Below, piece after piece: positions 28,841 through 37,733 of a stretch of 64,000 bases of DNA (positions are counted from its first letter, which is position 1; each line of letters starts with the position of its first letter). The stretch is from positions 1-64,000 of the forward strand of contig QMRC01000002.1 of assembly GCA_003649205.1 (NCBI GenBank), written 5' to 3'. The DNA comes from Thermoprotei archaeon (GTDB lineage: Archaea; Thermoproteota; Thermoprotei; Thermoproteales; B15-G16). Both the position numbers and the translations under genes were made by a program. Under the pieces are notes generated by a model. That model did no database searches. It was not told where the DNA came from and was given only the letters and a program-made list of their open reading frames with translations.

Positions 28841-30288
28841 TTTTTGTGATTGGTACCTACGTTATTGCTGCAGTTCTCCTGTACTTTGTGCTTGCATCTG
28901 TTGTCGCTACTGTAGCTAGGAGATACTTAGCTAGAGGGTCACCTGAGGATTTCTACATTGCTAGTGGTCGTGTTGGTGGTTTTGTATCTGCTATGACCTA
29001 TGCAGCGACTACCTACAGTGCATTCATGATGATTGGTCTTGTGGGTTATGCGTATGCTACTGGTGTTGGTGCTCTTGGCTTTGAGTTAATTTACTTAGTT
29101 TCGACTCTGTTTCTCCTGAGTTCTATTGGTCTTACTTTGTGGAGACTTTCTCGTGAACTTGGGTTCACTACTCCTTCGGAGATGTTTGTTAAGTTCTTTG
29201 GTTGGGATAGGTTGGGTATTGTTGTTACGGTGATTGCTGCTGTGTCGTTGATCCCTTACTCCTCTATTCAGTTGATTGGTGTTGGGTTGTTGTTACACGC
29301 TATTACGGGTGGTGTTGTACCGTATTGGTTTGGTCTTGTTGTTGCTCTTGTATTTCCTCTGTTCTGGGGTGTTGTTGCTGGTTTTAGGTCTATTGCGTGG
29401 ACTGATGCTGTTCAGGGTATGGTTATGCTCGGTGGTAGTCTAGCTCTTCTGTCCTGGGTTTTGCTGTGGGGTTTTGGTTCTTGGAGTGTTTTTGTCTCTA
29501 AGGTTAATGTTCTCGGTGATCTACTTCACGTACCTAATAGGTTTTGGAGTGTTGAGGTCTTTGTTGCATTTACTCTTCCTTGGGCTTTCTTCGCTATATC
29601 TAATCCACAAGTTGTTCAGAGGTTGTATGTTCCGAGGGATAGAGCTTCGTTCACTAGAATGGTGCTGTACTTCGCTCTCTTTGGCCTTATCTACACGGTG
29701 ATTGTTACTTTGCTCGGGTTAATGGTTAGGGTCTTGGCTGAGTTCGGTGTTGTGGAGTATGTTGATCCTAGGAGGAGGGATCTCGTTACACCAACACTTC
29801 TGAGGTATGTCCCTGTACCGATAGCTGTTGTTGTGAGTGTGAGTATTGTCGCTGCTGCTACCTCTACACTGAACTCCATACTCCTAACGCTATCATCTAT
29901 GGTTGCTAGAGATCTCAAGTACATGACTGGAGGTAGGTTGAGGCCTGAGGTAGAGGTCAGGGTATGTCAGTTATTCATCGTCTTATTCAGTCTCATTACC
30001 CTAGTGTTCGCAGCCCTGAGACCAGGCTACATCGTTGACTTAGCTGTACTATCCTCCACACTCTTACTACCTCTAGCAGTGATGACATTGCTCGCACTAG
30101 TTGATACGAGGAGTAGGTACTTGGGTAAGCTAGCTACTATACCGCTCATAGCTTCAGTATCTACGACGCTTGTGTTAGCTTACGTGAGGAAGGTATTTGC
30201 TCACTACATACCTGCATTGACCCTACCCACCACAGCACTACTGACCTCTCTTGTGCTGTATCTAGTGGTACGTGCTTTAGCTAGGTAG
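28837..30288 (+). CDS. Sodium:solute symporter (PanF/PutP family)
   Basis: Motifs EDFYIASG, AATTYSAFMMIG, AWTDAVQG, PQVVQRLY and AAATSTLNSILL. Confidence 0.93.
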   Translation: MIFVIGTYVIAAVLLYFVLASVVATVARRYLARGSPEDFYIASGRVGGFVSAMTYAATTYSAFMMIGLVGYAYATGVGALGFELIYLVSTLFLLSSIGLTLWRLSRELGFTTPSEMFVKFFGWDRLGIVVTVIAAVSLIPYSSIQLIGVGLLLHAITGGVVPYWFGLVVALVFPLFWGVVAGFRSIAWTDAVQGMVMLGGSLALLSWVLLWGFGSWSVFVSKVNVLGDLLHVPNRFWSVEVFVAFTLPWAFFAISNPQVVQRLYVPRDRASFTRMVLYFALFGLIYTVIVTLLGLMVRVLAEFGVVEYVDPRRRDLVTPTLLRYVPVPIAVVVSVSIVAAATSTLNSILLTLSSMVARDLKYMTGGRLRPEVEVRVCQLFIVLFSLITLVFAALRPGYIVDLAVLSSTLLLPLAVMTLLALVDTRSRYLGKLATIPLIASVSTTLVLAYVRKVFAHYIPALTLPTTALLTSLVLYLVVRALAR

Positions 30289-30289
30289 A

Positions 30290-30342
30290 TCAGTCGAGGC
30301 CTACCCTCGATCACCATTCACTCAATCCGGCGTGCTCATCAC
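30290..30342 (-). ncRNA. C/D box sRNA
   Basis: Minus strand reads GTGATGA-gcacgccgga-TTGA...GTGATcGA-gggtaggcctcga-CTGA. Confidence 0.8.
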
Positions 30343-30419
30343 TACGTAGTAAGGTAAAGGCACCAGTTTTAATCACTTTTCTCCCACCTACCTACCTACC
30401 TACTTGGAGGGTTTTCTCT

Positions 30420-30728
30420 GTGAATCCTGTTGAAGCTCTTATCTACGTACTTCGTGAGTACCTCAAGGTGCATGGCAAGCATATTGAGTCTATGTGTAGG
30501 GTTCTTGGTCAGGAGTGTATTAGGATTGAGGTTGGTAAGGTGTTGTATAGGTACCATAGTGAGGTAACTGGTTACTCTAGGTTTGAGGACATTATTTCTG
30601 AGATCTTGAGTAGTGAGGAGTTGCAGAGGAAGCTCATGGAGTATGGTGTACGTGTTGAGGTTGATGAGGAGAGTGGTACGAAGTATCTAGTAGTCGATAT
30701 TTCATCGCTGAGGAAGCTCATGACCTAG
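30420..30728 (+). CDS. Hypothetical protein
   Basis: GGAGG RBS, 102-aa ORF. Confidence 0.7.
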   Translation: MNPVEALIYVLREYLKVHGKHIESMCRVLGQECIRIEVGKVLYRYHSEVTGYSRFEDIISEILSSEELQRKLMEYGVRVEVDEESGTKYLVVDISSLRKLMT

Positions 30729-30774
30729 CTATGGAGTAAGTGATAATACGTACTTTGCAGTACGTTATCTATCG

Positions 30775-31359
30775 ATGACTTCGCTCTCACCCCATGAGGT
30801 TGCTGTACTTGGTCTGATACAGAAGGGGTACGATACTCCTGAGAAGATTGCTAGGTACCTAAATCTTGACTTAGATAGTTGCTATGAACTACTCGATAAG
30901 TTGGAGAGAGATGGGTATCTAGAGAGCTATGTCAAGGGTTTCATATTTAAGAAGCGTGCATATAGGTTGACGATGAAGGGGTTTGAAGAGCTGTGTAGAG
31001 CTAGGGATAGGTTAAGTGAGTTAGCTAGTAAGGTAAATGATCTGTTGAAGGTAGGTGATAGGGAGAAGATTCGTGAGGTAGTTATGCCATTTATCGACTG
31101 GTTACCACTTCTACTCATTCTCGATCTCGTTGACTATATGTGGTTCTACTCCCTGCTCTCACTAATTGGTGTTAGACCTTGGTGGTTTCCTGTGTTTGTA
31201 GGTGGTGAGGAGGTTCCTACTGAAGTAGCTACCTCTGAGACTTCTGAAGAGAGTGGTGAAGATGTTGAGGAGGGTAGTGAGGTCTTTGAGGGTGAGGAGG
31301 AGTATGACCATGGGGATTATGGTGGTGAGGATGTGAGTGATGTAGGTGATTACTTCTAG
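30775..31359 (+). CDS. Winged-helix protein with hydrophobic segment and acidic tail
   Basis: N-terminal wHTH (IARYLNLDLDSCYELLDKLERDGYL) and an E/D-rich C-terminus. Confidence 0.78.
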   Translation: MTSLSPHEVAVLGLIQKGYDTPEKIARYLNLDLDSCYELLDKLERDGYLESYVKGFIFKKRAYRLTMKGFEELCRARDRLSELASKVNDLLKVGDREKIREVVMPFIDWLPLLLILDLVDYMWFYSLLSLIGVRPWWFPVFVGGEEVPTEVATSETSEESGEDVEEGSEVFEGEEEYDHGDYGGEDVSDVGDYF

Positions 31360-31383
31360 TCCTCTTCTCTACTTCAATGCTGT

Positions 31384-32571
31384 ATGGGTAGATTTGTTGA
31401 GGTTGTTCGTGGTTTGTATTACGAGGAGGAGTTGCTTAGGTCACTTACCAGGTTTATTGAGTGGAGCGAGTTAGTTGAGTTGTTTAGTGCTGTTAAGAGG
31501 CCTTGTCGAAAGTACTTTGTTCGTGTTAATACTGCTCTTATATCAGCTGGTGAATTGGTTGATTTGCTGAGGTCTAGAGGGTTTGAGGTGTATCAACATG
31601 AGTTTATTGAGGAGGCTATTTGGTTTCCAGTAGAGGGTCCATTTGAGTTACCTGTTGCTGATAAGGTTGTTGTTGCTGATAAGTATGCTGCTGAGAGTGT
31701 GTATCAGGGTGCTGATCTCTATGCTCCTGGTGTCGTGAAGGCTAATGGTGTGAAGCGTGGTGATGATGTTCTCGTAGTTGCTCCTACTGGTGAACCTGTT
31801 GGTTTTGGTGTAGCTGTTATGGATGGTGAGGAAATGATCAAGAGGAGGAGGGGGCTTGCTGTTAGGGTCTTGATATCCGTCTATAGAGCACCTAAGGTGA
31901 AGGAGTTACCTGAGTACAGGATGGGCCTTATCTACGATCAGAGCTTACCAGCGCAAGTAGTTACGAGAGTTCTCGATCCACAACCTGGTGAAGTTATTGT
32001 CGATATGTGTGCTGCTCCAGGTGGTAAGACAACGCATATAGCTCAACTACTTAGAGGTAGAGGAGTGGTGTATGCCTTCGACGATTCTAGTACAAGGATT
32101 AAGCGACTTGAGTACGAGGTTAAGAGAATGAAGTTGAGGAATGTAGTCGTCATCAAGCACGATTCACGGTATATTCACGTTGATTACCCTACGTTGAGAG
32201 CACATAAGGTCCTCATAGACCCACCTTGCTCAGCACTAGGTGTTCGACCGAAGCTCTATGACGTTAAGAGCTATCGTGAGGTAATTGGGTGCTCGGAGTA
32301 TCAAAAGCAGTTTCTGAGAGAGGCTGTGAAGATCCTAGTTAGGGGAGGGGTCATAGTCTACTCAACTTGTACCATAACACCTGAGGAGAATGAAGAGATT
32401 GTGAGGTATGCGATTGAGAAATTGAGTCTAGAGCTTGAGGATACCGAGTATAGGAAATTGGGTTCACCAGCTCTACCACTACTTGGTAGGGAGAAGGGAG
32501 TAATCAGGTTTTACCCGCATAGACACGATACACCAGGGTACTTCATTGCTAAGTTCCGTAAGAGAAATTAG
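31384..32571 (+). CDS. RsmB/NOP2 RNA m5C methyltransferase with PUA domain (NSUN6-like)
   Basis: Motifs GADLYAPGV (PUA), DMCAAPGGKTTH, DPPCSALG and YSTCT. Confidence 0.93.
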   Translation: MGRFVEVVRGLYYEEELLRSLTRFIEWSELVELFSAVKRPCRKYFVRVNTALISAGELVDLLRSRGFEVYQHEFIEEAIWFPVEGPFELPVADKVVVADKYAAESVYQGADLYAPGVVKANGVKRGDDVLVVAPTGEPVGFGVAVMDGEEMIKRRRGLAVRVLISVYRAPKVKELPEYRMGLIYDQSLPAQVVTRVLDPQPGEVIVDMCAAPGGKTTHIAQLLRGRGVVYAFDDSSTRIKRLEYEVKRMKLRNVVVIKHDSRYIHVDYPTLRAHKVLIDPPCSALGVRPKLYDVKSYREVIGCSEYQKQFLREAVKILVRGGVIVYSTCTITPEENEEIVRYAIEKLSLELEDTEYRKLGSPALPLLGREKGVIRFYPHRHDTPGYFIAKFRKRN

Positions 32572-32597
32572 GTTACTTACGTTAAGTACCTTAGCCG

Positions 32598-32647
32598 ATG
32601 ATTGAGCCCGATAGCTACTGAAAGGTGAAGAGTAAGAACCCCACTGA
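32598..32647 (+). ncRNA. C/D box sRNA
   Basis: ATGATTGA-gcccgatagcta-CTGA-aag-GTGAAGA-gtaagaacccca-CTGA. Confidence 0.85.
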
Positions 32648-32654
32648 GGTTGAC

Positions 32655-33998
32655 CTAGAACACGTAGCAATCCCTAACCTTGAGATGCGGTACTACCTCA
32701 CTAACGTAGAGACCATGCTCAATAGAGGCCCTATAGCCTAATCTCCTACCGATACCCTCAATTAAGTGAAGTACTTTCGATGCCTGTATAGCTATGTGAT
32801 CCACCTTAGCGGCAGACTTCACCTCACCTCTCTCAATAAACCAACCAACTTCAGGCCACAATACAATCAAGTCATCAGGTCTCAACTCAGCTCTAATGAG
32901 ACCATCCACGTAGAATCCACGTTTAGTCTCCTCAATCATCTCACTAAATCTCCAATCACCAGGTTTAACAACTAAGTTACTCTGCATAGCTTTAGGTACC
33001 GTGAAGAGACCACGGGCATTACCTGTCGGGTGTGTACCAAGTACGTGAGCAGACCAGCGAGTATGGAGTAAGTTCGTCAGTACACCATTCTCGATAAGGA
33101 CTTTACTCCTAGCTTTAACACCTTCGTCATCGATGAAGTAGCTACCAGCACACCACTCTATGGTTGGGTCATCAATGACTGTCAATTCCTCACATCCAAC
33201 CTTCACACCAATACTAGGTATCCTCCTCTGGATTAGTGCTCTATCAGCTTCTAGATAGTGAGCAACCTCGTGAATTAACGCACCAGCAACTGTAGGGCTT
33301 AAGATAACTTCAAATTTACTTCCACGAACTAGAGGATTTAGGAGCTTTGCTGTAGACATTGCACGTAACCTCTCACAGATGGTATCGATCATAGGTTCAA
33401 GTCTTGACTTAATCTCACTGAAGGGTATTGATAGGGCGGTGTACTCAGCAGCTGATACGTTACCTATAACAGCAGAGATAAGCACCTCAATTATTGACCT
33501 ACCTTCGTGAACTAACGTAGTGTCACTATTCGCGTATACCTTATCGACTTCAGTAAATACCATCACAACTTCAGTAATCACATCCCTAGAACTCAACTTC
33601 TCACGAATTCTATCACTTACGTACTGAATTAAGGCTATAACGTCCTCTAGCTGAGGAAATTCATGTACTTTCCTGAAGTAACCTCTCGTCGGTTCAATAG
33701 GTGGTATCGATACCCTGAAACCACCAGCAATAGCACTCGATGCTCTAGCAACGTGATGAGCTTCATCAATTAACTCACTTCTCCAAGGTGTACACCTTGA
33801 AGCAACACCCCAAGCACCTCTATAGACGACTCTAGCTACAGAAACCACATCTTCATGTCTATTAACATCAATATTTGAGCCACGTAAAGCTACTTGAGTA
33901 GTCTTAATATAGAGCTGAGCAGCATCAGCATACTCAGCACCAAGTTCCTGAGCCTTCTCAATACCCTTCACCATTAAGTCAACTTGCTGAAAAACCAT
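32655..33998 (-). CDS. TldD/PmbA-family metalloprotease
   Basis: Motifs GALIHEVAHYLEAD, YFIDDEGV, LIENGVL and TGNAR. Confidence 0.92.
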   Translation of the reverse strand: MVFQQVDLMVKGIEKAQELGAEYADAAQLYIKTTQVALRGSNIDVNRHEDVVSVARVVYRGAWGVASRCTPWRSELIDEAHHVARASSAIAGGFRVSIPPIEPTRGYFRKVHEFPQLEDVIALIQYVSDRIREKLSSRDVITEVVMVFTEVDKVYANSDTTLVHEGRSIIEVLISAVIGNVSAAEYTALSIPFSEIKSRLEPMIDTICERLRAMSTAKLLNPLVRGSKFEVILSPTVAGALIHEVAHYLEADRALIQRRIPSIGVKVGCEELTVIDDPTIEWCAGSYFIDDEGVKARSKVLIENGVLTNLLHTRWSAHVLGTHPTGNARGLFTVPKAMQSNLVVKPGDWRFSEMIEETKRGFYVDGLIRAELRPDDLIVLWPEVGWFIERGEVKSAAKVDHIAIQASKVLHLIEGIGRRLGYRASIEHGLYVSEVVPHLKVRDCYVF

Positions 33999-34018
33999 AG
34001 TGTATCATGATGCATGAG

Positions 34019-34942
34019 TTACCCGAGAGTATATATGTACTGCCTCAATTCATACGCATTGCTAAATACCCTGCTTAAAGGCATCACTAAGTAAGCTGCG
34101 TGAAGGTTAAAGTATGGAGGACCACGTCTAGTGAATATCGTCAACACTTTACCACCATGAGCTATGTGGTAACCAGCGAGAACAGGTTCATGACCACGAA
34201 CAAGGACTCTAGAGTTAACTAGCTCTAGAAATCTCGTAGTTACATCAGGACCAAAGAGCTTACCAGCACCTCTAGGAGATGGCACCGTACCAGTAATGTC
34301 ATCTCTAGGATCATTCCAGAGAAGCTCTTCTAAATGAGGTTCCTGAGGATGCTTTAGAGGTGCTTTGGAGATATCCTCAATAGATTTAGCAGCTGAATCC
34401 GCACCACCATGAACGAAGAATACGCCGTTCTTAGCTCTGCACGCTACGAATAGTTCATTAAATAACCCCTCAAGCCTATGAACAATCTCCACACCTTCAC
34501 TACCAAATAATCTTCGAAAGTAAAGAGGTGAATCATATGGATATACGAGGAGATCTGGCGGAAACTCATGATTACCACGAAGTAGAATTACCTTATCTGG
34601 AAATTGAGTGAAGACTCTCAATACCGCATACCACACCTCAGGTGTTCTTGAACCTCTATCACCGTAGTCACCTAGAAATAATAGGTAGAAGTCCTCTCTA
34701 CTCCTCAACTTATTGGTGACATCATTCACTCTAAAGACATTGAGTAACGTATCGTAATCACCATGGAAATCACTCATCACAACAATAGTACCCGTACTAG
34801 GTAGTTCAACAAGGTAATCACAGAAAACTAACTTACCTTTCTCACCACGTTCACGAAGCTCTCTAAGCAAATTAGTAGCATGTTCAATCAACTCTATGAA
34901 TTCACGAGCAGTAACATTACTCAGATCAAACATACTCACCAC
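34019..34942 (-). CDS. PPP-family Ser/Thr protein phosphatase
   Basis: Motifs SDFHG, GDYGDRG, LRGNHE, VHGG, LLWNDP and RGHE. Confidence 0.92.
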   Translation of the reverse strand: MVSMFDLSNVTAREFIELIEHATNLLRELRERGEKGKLVFCDYLVELPSTGTIVVMSDFHGDYDTLLNVFRVNDVTNKLRSREDFYLLFLGDYGDRGSRTPEVWYAVLRVFTQFPDKVILLRGNHEFPPDLLVYPYDSPLYFRRLFGSEGVEIVHRLEGLFNELFVACRAKNGVFFVHGGADSAAKSIEDISKAPLKHPQEPHLEELLWNDPRDDITGTVPSPRGAGKLFGPDVTTRFLELVNSRVLVRGHEPVLAGYHIAHGGKVLTIFTRRGPPYFNLHAAYLVMPLSRVFSNAYELRQYIYTLG

Positions 34943-35998
34943 CTACAACGAATAAGCCCTAAGAAGTTCACGAACTGCTTGAACCTTCTTCCTAGGGAGA
35001 TCCTCACTATAGGACCTACCAGGGTACGGTCTATGCGTTGTCGCTATAACCAGATCTCTCTTACCATGCATCTTCAAGAAGTACTCAACTAACTTAGTTA
35101 ACTCACTCACGACAATAGAGTCATTGAAGATCAAGTCTATCGGTAAACCTGTGAAGAATACAGTACGCTTACTCAAGTCACTAAGTAATTTCCTAACCTC
35201 AATTATCCTACCAACCCACCTATAAGCAGCATCAACTGTTGACTTAGGACATAGATCTAGTGGGTGTAGTGCATCGTAGATAGAAGCTAGTTCACGAACT
35301 AAGTTGTTCCTAGTTATGTCACCATCTGTATGCAGTATTGCGTACTTACCTCTTCGCTTGATCGCATTTGCGAAGAGTCTATGCCAGTACAGGTACTTAT
35401 CACGAACAAAGTCCCAGTTATAGAGAGTACCTCCGTACCAGCACACATCATCAGCTATCCTAACTGCATCAACGATATCTAGCTCAGCACAGGCCTTAAC
35501 TAGCTCAAGTATGTAAGATGCTATCCTATCATATATCTTAGTAGCTTCACTGTACCTAAGTTTTAAGTAGAGTGCAAAGTCAAACCTATGGTATATCTGA
35601 CCAAGTTCCCTAGCTCTACTAGATTGCGGTGGTGCGAAGAATGCTTCAGCTGTCTCAGTAGGACCGAGTATCTTACAGATAATGAACTTCTCTGAGGAGT
35701 ACCTACGTGCTTCAGCTAAGAATGTTGTAACAGCTTCATTCACAACATCATCAGTACTAGGCCAGGGATAGGAATCACAATAAACTCTACTACACCAATC
35801 AGTAAGTGACTCATTTTCGAACCTCCTAAATGGACCGCCAATAGAGTTGTACCTTCTCCACTCTCTTATCTTAGCCCCAATACCAACAACATCACCGAGA
35901 AAGTACTCTTCATCCTTACTGTCTGACTCAACGTGCATGGGAATCCAAGCACCTTCACCACGTTCAAAGACCTCGTAAACTACTCTCTTGGAGTTCAA
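34943..35998 (-). CDS. Uroporphyrinogen-decarboxylase (URO-D/MtaA)-like protein
   Basis: AVRIADD...ILHTDGD pattern. GGAGGT RBS before the TTG start. Confidence 0.72.
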   Translation of the reverse strand: MNSKRVVYEVFERGEGAWIPMHVESDSKDEEYFLGDVVGIGAKIREWRRYNSIGGPFRRFENESLTDWCSRVYCDSYPWPSTDDVVNEAVTTFLAEARRYSSEKFIICKILGPTETAEAFFAPPQSSRARELGQIYHRFDFALYLKLRYSEATKIYDRIASYILELVKACAELDIVDAVRIADDVCWYGGTLYNWDFVRDKYLYWHRLFANAIKRRGKYAILHTDGDITRNNLVRELASIYDALHPLDLCPKSTVDAAYRWVGRIIEVRKLLSDLSKRTVFFTGLPIDLIFNDSIVVSELTKLVEYFLKMHGKRDLVIATTHRPYPGRSYSEDLPRKKVQAVRELLRAYSL

Positions 35999-36071
35999 GG
36001 CAGAAGACCTCCTACCAAGGAATTCAGGTACGTACTCAGAATATAGTTAATTCACTCTTTCGGTAAAATAC

Positions 36072-36632
36072 CTACCTCTTCAACTCATCGAGCATACGCT
36101 CGAGAATTCTCGAAAGTTTACCTATGTGAGGGAGCTGCTTACCTTCATCCCTACTCCTCTCGATAACTTTCTGAATGAATGACCTATATAACTCAAGTAC
36201 CTTAGGTAGCAGTTCCCTACACTTCTCCCTCTCATCCTCCCTTATGTACTCAAGTAGAAATGAGTGATCAGTTACATAGTAGTGAAATGCCTCTTCATAT
36301 GAATCAGGTCTATATCGTCTAAGGTATGAGCAGAGTAGCTTACCGTCTCTAGAAGTAGCCTCAACGAATACCTCCTCCTTGTTCTTCGAGAATATGTACG
36401 ATACCTTGACCTCAGTATCATTCCTAGTGTACTTCTTGATGAAGTGCACGTATACGTCGCTCGGTGTACGTTCAAAGATCTCATCAGGGTACACTGATAC
36501 CGTGAAGTTCTCTAGATTCATCTCTAGATCCCACACATACCACTTATCTGCTGAGACATCACCCTCAATGAAGATTTCAAACCTATCACCTACTACCTTA
36601 CCTCTAACCATTGTGAAGGACATCCTGATCAC
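36072..36632 (-). CDS. Hypothetical protein
   Basis: 186-aa ORF starting immediately 3' of a C/D sRNA. Confidence 0.72.
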   Translation of the reverse strand: MIRMSFTMVRGKVVGDRFEIFIEGDVSADKWYVWDLEMNLENFTVSVYPDEIFERTPSDVYVHFIKKYTRNDTEVKVSYIFSKNKEEVFVEATSRDGKLLCSYLRRYRPDSYEEAFHYYVTDHSFLLEYIREDEREKCRELLPKVLELYRSFIQKVIERSRDEGKQLPHIGKLSRILERMLDELKR

Positions 36633-36636
36633 CTAG

Positions 36637-36693
36637 TCAGCTTGGAAGAGTGTTCGTCATAGCGTAAGCTCATTGGGAGGTACCCTTCATCAT
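36637..36693 (-). ncRNA. C/D box sRNA
   Basis: ATGATGA-agggtacctccca-ATGA...ATGACGA-acactcttccaag-CTGA. Confidence 0.85.
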
Positions 36694-36734
36694 CAATAGT
36701 GAAAGTAGGGGTAAAGTATTTTAGCCTTCTCGAA

Positions 36735-36787
36735 AAGAAGACACATGCCCGCGACAACTGATTGGTGAAGACCGCAGGGTCGTCTGA
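36735..36787 (+). ncRNA. C/D box sRNA with degenerate C box, probable 23S rRNA helix-89 guide
   Basis: AAGAAGA-cacatgcccgcgacaa-CTGA-ttg-GTGAAGA-ccgcagggtcgt-CTGA. Both guides are complementary to recalled crenarchaeal 23S sequence. Confidence 0.8.
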
Positions 36788-36805
36788 GCCTATCGATGAA
36801 GAGCA

Positions 36806-37291
36806 CTACCTCTTAAGAAATTTCTTGATCTCCTCGAAAACTTCAATAGCATACACTTCTTTCGATGGAGCGGCTGAAGGTGGCTTGAAGATCACAGGTA
36901 TACCGAGAGTTTTAGCTCCTTCAGCTAACTTCCTATCACCAGTCACGAGAATAGCACCAAGTTCACGAGCATACTTCAAAACATCTAAGTCATCTTTAAC
37001 AGGAAGATACGTGACACCATCAGCACAGTACCTATCACTAATCCCAGAGCAAACCTCAAAAACCTCAAGCTTGAGACCATGGTCACGAGCAATCCTAACA
37101 AGCAACCCCCCTAACTTCCTCAAAGTCTCATCACACAAAACCCTAGCACACAAACCCCCAGAACTAGTACAGGAACAAGAGCTAACTAATCTCAACCTCC
37201 TAACAAAATCCTCAAGTTCACTCAAAGACTCAAAACACAGCAATAGATAAACCTTCAAAGCAAACCCCAGAAGAAACACAACAGACAACAC
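36806..37291 (-). CDS. PIN-domain protein
   Basis: DDLDVLKYARELGAILVTGDRKL. The start is uncertain. Confidence 0.7.
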   Translation of the reverse strand: MLSVVFLLGFALKVYLLLCFESLSELEDFVRRLRLVSSCSCTSSGGLCARVLCDETLRKLGGLLVRIARDHGLKLEVFEVCSGISDRYCADGVTYLPVKDDLDVLKYARELGAILVTGDRKLAEGAKTLGIPVIFKPPSAAPSKEVYAIEVFEEIKKFLKR

Positions 37292-37364
37292 ATATCAAAC
37301 AAACGGACAGTATAACGACAAATCACAGAAAGAGCGAAACAACACAAGTAATAGGAGAAGTAAA

Positions 37365-37474
37365 CCCCCGAGGAGTGAGGTAGGGTCCTAGATCTCCGTT
37401 CCCTCTATACCTAGGGTAACCCCCTAGGTATAGAGGTACTTGGAGACCTAGGGCTCTACCCCACTCCTCGGGGG
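37365..37474. repeat. 110-bp near-perfect inverted repeat (candidate hairpin ncRNA or MITE)
   Basis: Arms of about 52 nt (cccccgaggagtg...cctctatacctaggg / ccctaggtatagagg...cactcctcggggg), a 5-nt loop, four transition-type mismatches and one small internal loop. Confidence 0.9.
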
Positions 37475-37572
37475 CGTTTGAAATTATGTCTGTGTATCTT
37501 ATAAGATTTTTGGTGTTATGTTTTGAGGTATTATACTTGTGGAAATTACGCTACTTTACTTAGTTCACTTGA

Positions 37573-37621
37573 TCAGTGCTTTGGCCCTTCTTCATCTTTC
37601 TGTGGCTACCATCTTCATCAT
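37573..37621 (-). ncRNA. C/D box sRNA
   Basis: ATGATGA-agatggtagcca-CAGA-aag-ATGAAGA-agggccaaagca-CTGA. Confidence 0.9.
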
Positions 37622-37733
37622 CATATGTCTTCTTGTTTGTCTGCATTATATGGGTATCTGTATTCATGTACTTTCGCTAGGGTGCATGCTTAAAAGTTAG
37701 GTGATTGTGTAAATAATTAGAAAGGGGGTTAAG

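Noticed and set aside
36762-37250. 162-aa + strand ORF
   Set aside because: It overlaps a C/D sRNA and is antisense to the PIN-domain gene.
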